64,000 bases of DNA, taken from NCBI GenBank assembly GCA_009840135.1, contig VXOH01000131.1, positions 3,608 through 67,607 on the forward strand. The letters run 5' to 3'. This DNA is from Chloroflexota bacterium. GTDB lineage: Bacteria > Chloroflexota > Dehalococcoidia > Lucifugimonadales > UBA3495. The position numbers were made by a program, and so were the translations under genes. The notes beneath the pieces were generated by a model. The model was given only the letters and a program-made list of their open reading frames with translations, was not told the origin of the DNA and ran no database searches. Positions 38,701-45,313 of this stretch are shown here, piece by piece; position 1 is the first letter of the stretch; each line of letters starts with the position of its first letter.

Positions 38701-41700
38701 CTCTGACGTTTCAAATGCATCCGTGGGCGATCACGTTGTTGGGTTGGGTTTTGGCGCCTTTGCCCCGGAAATGGTTACCCACGAGGAATTGGTGGCTCCC
38801 GCTCCGGAAGAAATCCCCGTTTCCGGGCTTGCCACCATTCCCAGCGCCTTCGTGTCCGCCGACCTGTCCTACCGGATGTCGGGGTTGAAGGCCGGCGATC
38901 GAGTGCTGATTCACGCCGGAGCCGGCGGCGTTGGCCTGGCCGCCATTCAACTGGCCCAGGCAGCGGGGGCAGAGGTATATGCCACTGCCAGCGCACCCAA
39001 GCAGGAATACCTCCGATCCCTGGGCGTAAAGCACATTTTCGACAGCCGCCAGACCCGGTTCGGGCAGGAAATCCTTGAGACCACCGGAGGCGAGGGTGTT
39101 GACGTAGTGCTGAACAGCCTCACCAGCGAAGGCTTCATTGACGCCAGCCTGTCCTGCCTGGCCCGGGGCGGCCGCTTCGTCGAGCTGGCCCGAAGGGATA
39201 TTCTCAGCCATGAAGAGATGGCGGCGGTACGCCCGGACGTGTCCTACTCTATCCTGGAGCTGGACGTGCTGAAGAAGACCGAGCCCGACAACGTGGGCGT
39301 CGTGCTGAGGGAAATAATGCGGCGGGTCGCCGGGGGCGAACTGGAACCCCTGATCCACAGCCGATGGCCGATGGCCCAGGCCGGGTCCGCATTGAGTTTC
39401 ATGCGCTCGGCCCGTCACATCGGAAAGATCGTGCTTACCAACCAGCCCCTGGTGCGAGGCAGCTTGCGGCAGGACCGCTCCTACCTGATAACCGGCGGAC
39501 TGGGCGGCATCGGCTGCGCTGTCGCCGGGTGGCTGGCCGACCACGGCGCCGGAACCATCGTGCTTAACGGCCGTCGCGACCCTGACCCCGAAGCTGTTAT
39601 GGCCATTGAGGAATTGCGACAAAAGGGCGCAAGAGTGGAGGTGGAACTCGCGGACGTAACGGACACCGCGGCCATAGACGCGATGCTGGCCCGTATAGAC
39701 ACTAACCTGCCGCCCCTGGCCGGGGTCATCCACAGCGTTGGAGTGTTGTCAGACGCCGCCCTGACCAACCAGACATGGGAGACCTTCCAGCAGGTCCTCA
39801 GGCCCAAGATTATGGGAGCCTGGCACCTGCACCGCGCCACCATGCAGCGCGACCTGGACCTGTTCGTCCTCTTCTCCAGCCGGGTGGGCGTAATGGGCAA
39901 TCCCGGCCAGGCGAACCATGCCGCGGCCAACGCCTTTTTGGACCAACTGGCCGGCCATCGCCGCGCCCTGGGCCTTCCCGGCCAGGCCATGGCCTGGGGA
40001 GCCTGGTCGGAAATCGGAGAAGCGGCTGAGCAGCGGGAGAGGATCGAAAGGCGCAGGTCTGCCCTTGGCGGCCGTTGGTTCACACCCCGCCAGGGCCTTC
40101 GCGCCCTCGAGAAACTGGTGTGCCAGGACACCACAACCTCCGTGGTGATGTCCATGGACTGGTCAGTATTCGAGGACGCAGTCGAATCCCGACCCTCTTT
40201 CCTGGAAGACCTGCTTACCTCGGGCGGCGGCCAGGAGACCACGGACGCGGGGACGTCGGAAGACCTCCTTTCCCAACTTCGTGGCGTTCCCTCTGCTGCC
40301 CCCCAGGACCTCCTTACCACCTTTCTCCAGCAGCAAGTCCAGGCCGTGCTGCGGCTATCATCGGCGCCCTCACCGACCGTTGGCTTCTTTGACCTGGGGA
40401 TGGACTCATTGATGGCGGTGGAGCTGCGAAATCGCCTTAACCGGGCCTTTGCCGGCCAGTACACCGCCTCCAACACCGTTGTATTTGACTACCCGGACAT
40501 CGCCAGCCTGTCGCGCCATTTGGCAGAGGAGCTTGGACAAGCCCAGGAAAGCGGCAATGCTCCGGAACTGGCGGAACCGGCGGCCCAGGAACCGGGGCAG
40601 GCGGCCACGACCGCAGATGACGGAATTGCGGTCGTGGGAATGGCCTGCCGATTCCCCGGGGCCGGTAACCTGGACGAGTTCTGGAAATTGCTGGAGGAAG
40701 GGCGCGAAGCAATCACCGACGGTCGCCAGGACGGCGGTTCCTGGACTGGCGCCGTGGGAGACCCCAATGCCGAGGACATCGCTCACCGGCGGGGCGGATT
40801 CCTGGACGGCATTGACCAGTTCGACTCCCGTTTCTTCCGAATCCAGCCCATCGAGGCTCGCATGATGGACCCCCGGCAGAGGGTGCTGCTGGAAACTACC
40901 TGGACCGCACTCGAAGATGCCGGCCTCGACCCGGACCAACTGCGGGGCAGCCGCACGGGAATCTACGCCGGACTTGGCGGCAGCGAATACCGAGACCTGA
41001 TCCAGTCCGGCGACCAGACCCATACCTACCTGGGAACCACCGGCAGTGTAACCGTGGGCCGTATCGCTTTCGCGCTGGGCCTGGAAGGGCCCGCCATGCC
41101 CGTGGACATGGCATGCGCCTCGTCCCTGGCTGCGGTGCATCAGGCGGTGGTTGCCCTGCAAAGGGGAGAGGTGGATATGGCTCTCGCCGGCGGGGCAAAC
41201 ATGGTACTGTCACCCGCAGTCTCCAGATTCATGATGGACGTGGGCATGCTGTCCCCCACCGGCCAATGCCGGCCCTTCGACGCCTCCGCCAATGGCTACG
41301 TGCGCGGTGAGGGCTGCGGGATAGTGGTGCTGAAACGCCTGAGCGACGCCGAGGCCGATGGCGACCGGATATGGGCAGTTGTTCGAGGGTCGGCGGTAAA
41401 CCAGAACGGAGCCAGCGCCGGCCTTACGGTGCCCAATGGCCAGGCGCAGGTGCGGGTAATGGAAGACGCCGTCACCCGGGCGGGAATATCGCCCTCCGAG
41501 GTGGACTACCTGGAGGCCCACGCGGTCGGCTCCCAGTTGGGTGACCCGATTGAATTAAACGCGGTGGCTTCGGTTTACGGCAAAGACCGGGAACAGGAAA
41601 AACCGCTGCTCATTGGCTCCATAAAGTCGAACATCGGGCACGTGGAGTGGGCCGCCGGGATTTCCGCCTTCATTAAGGCGGTCTTGTCCATCTCCAATGG

Positions 41701-43147
41701 CGTCATACCCGGAATTCCCAGCCTGGAGAAACTCAATCCCAACGTCGCCTGGGACCAGACCTCCCTTCGCGTAACCGCCAACAAGATGGACTGGCCGGCA
41801 GCTACCGGTCGGCAGCCGATGGCCGGTGTCAGCGCCTTTGGTCTCTCCGGCGCCAACGCGCACGTATTGGTGGAAGGGTACAGCGGCGCCGCATACAGTC
41901 CGGCAGTAACCGATGGCGCAGCTCTGCCGGCGGGACTGCCAAAACCGGTTTCCGCAAACCTGCCTGATCCATTAGGCGGGCTGCAAAACCTCGACAAGAA
42001 CTCGCCGGAGCGAACGGGCCGCCTGTTGCCGATTTCCGGTAAATCGCCCGGAGCCTTGCGGGAATTGGCGGAGCGATACCTGAACTGGCTGGATGCCAGG
42101 CACCTCTCTGCCGATAGCGAAGACCTAGCCGACCTGGCCTGGACTGCCAGCGCTGGCCGCGCTCACTTCCCGCACCGGGCAGGGCTGGTATTCAACAGCC
42201 AGGACCAGCTTCGTCAAGAGCTGATGTCGCTGTCCCAAGCCGAATCGGTCACCGGAGGGTCAACACCCCGTGAATCTGCAAGGGTGGCGTTTCTGTTTGC
42301 TGGTCAGGAAAGCCCCTGGGACGGCCTGGGCGCGGACCTGTGCCAGGAAGAACCCGTTGCGCGGGCGGTGCTTGACCAGTGCGGTGAACAATTCAGGGCC
42401 GCCCGCGGCGTCTCCCTGCTGGATGTGATGTTCGGGCGGTCCGTTATCGACCCTGGCGAAAATGGTCCTGAATGGGAACTGCCGGCCCGGTACGCGCTGC
42501 AATGCGCGTTAACCGCCCAGTGGGCAAGCCTGGGAATACGGCCCAGCGCAATAGTGGCCGATGGTTTCGGATGGCTTGCGGCAGCGCAGGCAGCCGGCGT
42601 GTGCGGCCTGGAAGACGGCCTGCGATTCGCGGCAGCCCTTGGGGACATAAAGAATCTTCAGCCAGGGCAAGACCTGGCATCGGCGCAAAGAGACCTGGAA
42701 GACGCCCTCGCCGCGCTGAATCCCGGATTGTCATCCGTACCCCTGGTGGATTGTTCCAGCGGGCTGCGGCAGGATACCGTCGGAATGGCTGAGATTACCC
42801 GCTGGCTTCAGCAGGGCCAGGAGTCCATTGACTACACCGGCTGCGCAAACTTTTTGGCCGACCTGGAGGTGAATGCGGTTATAGAGGTCGGGTCCACCTC
42901 GGCAACAGGGAAAAAGATTGGCAGTAACTGGCCGGACACCTCAGAGGCGCCCCTGGTAGTGGCTGACATGACCAATTCCACCGATGGCAGCGGATCCGGC
43001 GATTCCGATGGCGGTTTCCTGAGGGCCGCAGCCAGCCTTTATGAGGCCGGAGTGGATATTACCTTCGAAGGATTGTTTGCCGGGGAGACCCGGCGGAGAA
43101 TTTCTGTCCCGACCTATCCCTTCCAGCGAAGGAGGTATTGGTTTTAG
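32768..43147 (+). CDS. type I polyketide synthase, KS-AT-DH-cMT-ER-KR-ACP-KS-(degenerate AT)
   Basis: Approximate domain spans: KS1 32831-34110 (DAACASS, EAHGTGT, NVGHLE). AT1 34529-35623 (GQGSQ, GHSVG, GFHS). DH 35660-36545 (HRVFGHLVAP, DGCFQ). cMT about 36990-37700 (LEVGAGTGS). ER about 38470-39440 (HAGAGGVGLAA). KR 39481-40020 (ITGGLGGIG). ACP about 40300-40530 (GMDSL). KS2 40623-41878 (DMACASS, EAH, NIGHVE). AT-like 42284-43141 (ADGFG instead of GHSxG). Confidence 0.95.
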   Translation: MATKPNSVSSRGAQSFPGGGEPIAIVGMACRFPGAPDLGSFWRLLVEGKNSVTEADPNSGVGRMGELFGDSQVNNQACRFGAFVDDLDLFDASFFRISPVEAELLDPQQRMMLEVSWQALEDAGIDPARLRGSRTGVYTGISNDEYRMLVVDSSKPSEAAACLYALSGTNLNGTSGRVSFVLGLMGPAKAVDAACASSLVSVHDAVADLQQGKADLAIAGGVQAILNGRIYELRADSMMLSPDGQCKAFDASANGYVRGEGCGVVILKRLSEAEADGDRIWAVIRGAAVNHGGTGVGLTVPNTPGLEQVMEAALADAGIEPLEVDYIEAHGTGTTVGDPIELNAVNAVYGQGRNPSEPLLVASVKTNVGHLESAAGIAGLMKAALVVNQGLIPRHLHFLDPNPSLDWEGLPLLVPTETVDWPDDRQRPRLVGVNSFGISGTNSHILVGQHIYDGQGTDHKISTLGPASTVKIKLPETFSQESPSNEEVFPRPKRVLPLSGKSGGALQELAQRYLAWLDDDSPDQLKDGLALLEKLSDMAWTASIGRSHFDYRSGLVYQDVPALREGLKALAETGQTGQTGQPPRAARVAFLYTGQGSQWVGMGQALYETEPVARAVMDDCDRIVMEVRGVSLLDVMFGRDETAGDLGDTAWEQPALYALECALTALWESVGVRPGAVMGHSVGELAAAQAAGVFSLRDGMRFALARGSLLSATEAGAMAAVFAPKSRVAEAVERVNAASGSVGLSVSADNGPQQVVSGPAADIEAVSRLFESEGIRAIRLNTSWGFHSALLDPALDGLEAALDGVPIQHPSIPLVSNLTGRQVEASMAMDGAYWRQHARQQVAFAGGIGTLAEMGMDLVIELGPHSVLGPMSMQAWPESAGERRLEGGPIALASLRRPPRDGSTPEPESSFIDAVAQAYEAGLDITFEGLFAGEERRRISLPGYPFQRERYWLQGARRRRSGGGHPLLGERHDSARGEIAFETEVFPSDPDWLKDHRVFGHLVAPGALYGAMAATASLLEGDCPVVLDDIQLHSPLVFTEPDSGEAPGAGGRKLQAFLEDSGEGSERLVQIFSRGPESGWTMHVEGRVVSNAALQDAEERADLDGLKSRLAPANVPAYYRAKAATSIDLGPAFRTLGRVWTGPGEALGEVSLPEALGLNDLEINPLVLDGCFQVVGMARNMTGSPDEPTYLPFGWERMWLTGKLPDRVVCHVLMSESGRVSDPDADDHPEALSGEIRIYDLDGALIGGLSGYTVKRATQAALLAAVEGAEGIDDLLYEVIWRDRPLESALKPAGFFPAPTTVAAGTRLFPDYLVEAGVDPKDRNALLADLERWSHSYALLTLEKLGWQRAQGEKVVAEELRQRLNVLPVHERLFRRLLEMLARSGVVEENDGGFTVLVGDGDTLPESLPSDPVNFDQQMLARYSHGLTEIGLFRRSAAALVDVLRGEQDPLTLLFSSGEPTAADLYLKAPVARAANGLLADTVRALLADLPDDRRLRVLEVGAGTGSATASVLPELPAGRFDYVYTDISAGFFAEAEERFGNQGIEYRPLDIEKDPVSQGFNSHGYDLIIASNVLHATQYLSETLGHCRDLLAPSGQLVALENLRGLGWMDLTFGQLDGWWRFADSYRPHHALATPAIWRQALTESGFEDATVLGVDDSFPYESLDKGVIVAQGPALVKEAQGLWVILGDREGEAGELAAELAARNQAILLAGVKEVTTGAEEPCVTEESRIQGVQEVAIDPASREDWQSILRELPGDVPFGGVVHLQSLDGHGNRSTARELDEDVSHAGESALVLVQGLLDTDVTPEKGVWFVTRGAQVLERENTGELSGSVLWGLGKAIALEAPHLQPRMLDLDPSSPTTASDLAGELLYPDEENHLAYRLGRRRAARLVRFAAGAEESGRLALPEETEWVLAPDRGGVFDQPEVKLLPSQPLEPREVRVAVEAAGINFWDVFRSLGFIEEGDLGREFCGYVMAVGSDVSNASVGDHVVGLGFGAFAPEMVTHEELVAPAPEEIPVSGLATIPSAFVSADLSYRMSGLKAGDRVLIHAGAGGVGLAAIQLAQAAGAEVYATASAPKQEYLRSLGVKHIFDSRQTRFGQEILETTGGEGVDVVLNSLTSEGFIDASLSCLARGGRFVELARRDILSHEEMAAVRPDVSYSILELDVLKKTEPDNVGVVLREIMRRVAGGELEPLIHSRWPMAQAGSALSFMRSARHIGKIVLTNQPLVRGSLRQDRSYLITGGLGGIGCAVAGWLADHGAGTIVLNGRRDPDPEAVMAIEELRQKGARVEVELADVTDTAAIDAMLARIDTNLPPLAGVIHSVGVLSDAALTNQTWETFQQVLRPKIMGAWHLHRATMQRDLDLFVLFSSRVGVMGNPGQANHAAANAFLDQLAGHRRALGLPGQAMAWGAWSEIGEAAEQRERIERRRSALGGRWFTPRQGLRALEKLVCQDTTTSVVMSMDWSVFEDAVESRPSFLEDLLTSGGGQETTDAGTSEDLLSQLRGVPSAAPQDLLTTFLQQQVQAVLRLSSAPSPTVGFFDLGMDSLMAVELRNRLNRAFAGQYTASNTVVFDYPDIASLSRHLAEELGQAQESGNAPELAEPAAQEPGQAATTADDGIAVVGMACRFPGAGNLDEFWKLLEEGREAITDGRQDGGSWTGAVGDPNAEDIAHRRGGFLDGIDQFDSRFFRIQPIEARMMDPRQRVLLETTWTALEDAGLDPDQLRGSRTGIYAGLGGSEYRDLIQSGDQTHTYLGTTGSVTVGRIAFALGLEGPAMPVDMACASSLAAVHQAVVALQRGEVDMALAGGANMVLSPAVSRFMMDVGMLSPTGQCRPFDASANGYVRGEGCGIVVLKRLSDAEADGDRIWAVVRGSAVNQNGASAGLTVPNGQAQVRVMEDAVTRAGISPSEVDYLEAHAVGSQLGDPIELNAVASVYGKDREQEKPLLIGSIKSNIGHVEWAAGISAFIKAVLSISNGVIPGIPSLEKLNPNVAWDQTSLRVTANKMDWPAATGRQPMAGVSAFGLSGANAHVLVEGYSGAAYSPAVTDGAALPAGLPKPVSANLPDPLGGLQNLDKNSPERTGRLLPISGKSPGALRELAERYLNWLDARHLSADSEDLADLAWTASAGRAHFPHRAGLVFNSQDQLRQELMSLSQAESVTGGSTPRESARVAFLFAGQESPWDGLGADLCQEEPVARAVLDQCGEQFRAARGVSLLDVMFGRSVIDPGENGPEWELPARYALQCALTAQWASLGIRPSAIVADGFGWLAAAQAAGVCGLEDGLRFAAALGDIKNLQPGQDLASAQRDLEDALAALNPGLSSVPLVDCSSGLRQDTVGMAEITRWLQQGQESIDYTGCANFLADLEVNAVIEVGSTSATGKKIGSNWPDTSEAPLVVADMTNSTDGSGSGDSDGGFLRAAASLYEAGVDITFEGLFAGETRRRISVPTYPFQRRRYWF

Positions 43148-43735
43148 CGCCAAATTCACGGGACAGGGGTGAGGGAGACTTGGGAGATCCTGGGACGATG
43201 CCCCTGCCCTTCCCCGAGAGTCCATACGGTGAAAATCCCTGGACGCGGGGGATGGGCTTGCTGTTGGTGACCGCCCGTTTCCGTGGGGCAGGTTCTGCCA
43301 AACCACAGCCCGGATCGCAACGCTCATAAAGCCAACCGGGATGGGGTCAGAGAAGAGGCCCACGCGATCAGTGCCAGGCGAGGAAAGAAGCGGTCCAGCA
43401 GAAGTTGAGCCCATATCCGACCATAACTCGGTCCTTTTCAATCTACACAGCGACAGGAACAACATTAGTTCGATACCCCTGCTTTCAAAGCAAGCGTTAT
43501 GGGAAAGGGTGAGTCGAAACCTGGCCTGGCGGCGGCGCCGTCAGAAGTTCGGACCGCCCCGAACTTACAAAAGCATACTCTTTCCTGTTGAATGAAAGTA
43601 GTCCTTATTAATGGTTGACGCAGGTAAGCATTAAGTATTGGTTTAAGTCAACACTTAATGCAAAAGCCGGAATTGATTCTGGCGAAAAGTTATCACTATT
43701 AGTCGGCTCCTGGGCCGCTCGCCAACCGTCTCACT

Positions 43736-45097
43736 TTACGCACTCTGCAATTGGGTTGGAAATTGACCAGGGAGGTCCGCTGTCCTTTTTGCCAATCGGT
43801 CAGAGCGGCCGCGGCCGACACCTGCGTAGTCAAACCCCAGTTCCGCCATAACCTCAGGCTCCAGCGCGTTTCTCCCGTCGAAAACATACCTGGGCGTCCG
43901 CATTATCCCGGCTATGCCGGCCCAGTCGGCGCCGACAATTTCGTCCCATTCCGTCAAGAGCGCCAGGGCCTGGGCTCCGGTGGCAGCCGACTCAGGGCTG
44001 CCAGAAAAGGCCACGCAGGCGGGCAGCTTCTTCCTTGCAGCGTGGTTGGCCTGGGGGTCAAAAGCCGCGACGTCCGCTCCTTCCTGCACCAGGGCTTCTA
44101 TCAGGTCTACAGCGGGGGCTTCGCGAATGTCGCTGGTGCCAGGCTTGAAGGCCAGCCCCAGCACGCCAACACGGACACCGGCCAGTCCCCCGGGAAAGCG
44201 GGAGCGCAACCGGGCCAGCGGCAGCATTCGCTGGCGGGCGTTCACGGATGCCACGGAACCAAGCAGGTCCATCTGGACTCCTTTGGCATGGGCCAAATAC
44301 TGAAGGGCCAAAATGTCCTTTGGGAAGCAGGACCCGCCGTATCCTATGCCGGGGTGGATTTGCTGGCCCGTCCTTGCATCCATGGCCAGCCCCAGGCTGA
44401 CCGCGTCTATGGACGCCCCAACCTCCTCACACAGTGCAGCCATCTCGTTGATAAAAGAAATTCGTGCGGCCAGGAAAGCGTTGCTGGCGTATTTGAGCAT
44501 TTCAGCGCTGGTGACGTCTGTGACCAGGTAGGGGGCTTCTATCGTGGCGTACATTTTCTTGACCACCGCGACGGCCCATTGGGAACACCGGTCAGCGCCC
44601 ACCACGATCCGGTCCGGGTGCATCCAGTCCTGTAATGCCCGCCCTTCCCTCAGGAATTCGGGATTGCTTACATAAGCCACATCCAGCCCTCTTAGCTCCC
44701 GTTGGGCAAAGGCGCTTCCGGAACCTGGCGGCACCGTACTCTTCATTACGATGGCGGTGTTTCCTGGCTGCAGGCTTCTGATCCAATGTAAGGCGGAAAG
44801 GACCTGGCTCAAGTCGGCCTCTCCCCCTTCACTGGCGGGAGTGCCCGTAGCCACCAGCGCCACTTCTCCCAGATTGCCGGAGAACTCTTCAGTGTCAAGG
44901 AAACACAGATTGCCCCTGCCCAGGCCTTCCTCCAGCCATGCCTCCAGACCGGGTTCGTGAAGAGCAGGCTTCCCCTGCTTCAGCCCTTCAATCCTGAACC
45001 TGTCAACATCTACTCCGGTGACGTGATGCCCCGCCCTGGCGAGGGCGCTGGCCGCCACCACCCCCAGGTGTCCCATACCAACGACCGTAATTCGCAA
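43736..45097 (-). CDS. UDP-glucose/GDP-mannose dehydrogenase family protein (UDP-glucose 6-dehydrogenase-like)
   Basis: Reads RITVVGMGHLGVVAASALARAGHHVTGVD, catalytic GGSCFPKD. TTG start with GGGGAGG upstream. Confidence 0.9.
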   Translation of the reverse strand: MRITVVGMGHLGVVAASALARAGHHVTGVDVDRFRIEGLKQGKPALHEPGLEAWLEEGLGRGNLCFLDTEEFSGNLGEVALVATGTPASEGGEADLSQVLSALHWIRSLQPGNTAIVMKSTVPPGSGSAFAQRELRGLDVAYVSNPEFLREGRALQDWMHPDRIVVGADRCSQWAVAVVKKMYATIEAPYLVTDVTSAEMLKYASNAFLAARISFINEMAALCEEVGASIDAVSLGLAMDARTGQQIHPGIGYGGSCFPKDILALQYLAHAKGVQMDLLGSVASVNARQRMLPLARLRSRFPGGLAGVRVGVLGLAFKPGTSDIREAPAVDLIEALVQEGADVAAFDPQANHAARKKLPACVAFSGSPESAATGAQALALLTEWDEIVGADWAGIAGIMRTPRYVFDGRNALEPEVMAELGFDYAGVGRGRSDRLAKRTADLPGQFPTQLQSA

Positions 45098-45224
45098 TTG
45101 ACAAGTCCTCCCCGGTGTTCGCGAGACTGATGGCTAAAGGAGGCACAATACCACCTTAGTTCTGTTTCCACCAATATACATTGAATGTACACAAGTCATA
45201 ATTGATGTCGTGTAACATGGGATA

Positions 45225-45253
45225 TTGACTTATAGAAATCTTACTGTTATAAG
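45225..45253 (+). promoter_or_regulatory. candidate sigma70-type promoter for the 45314-54034 gene string
   Basis: TTGACT, 17 nt, TATAAG inside a strongly AT-rich divergent intergenic region; 60 nt before the ATG at 45314. Confidence 0.45.
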
Positions 45254-45313
45254 TATACACGTTTTACAAAAATAATCTACACTGTTGCATACTTATAGGC
45301 AATACGTAAATAT

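Noticed and set aside
43138-43595. 63-aa and 84-aa ORFs after the PKS as candidates for a missing ACP or TE
   Set aside because: They have no DSL or GxSxG motifs, poor composition and no RBS.
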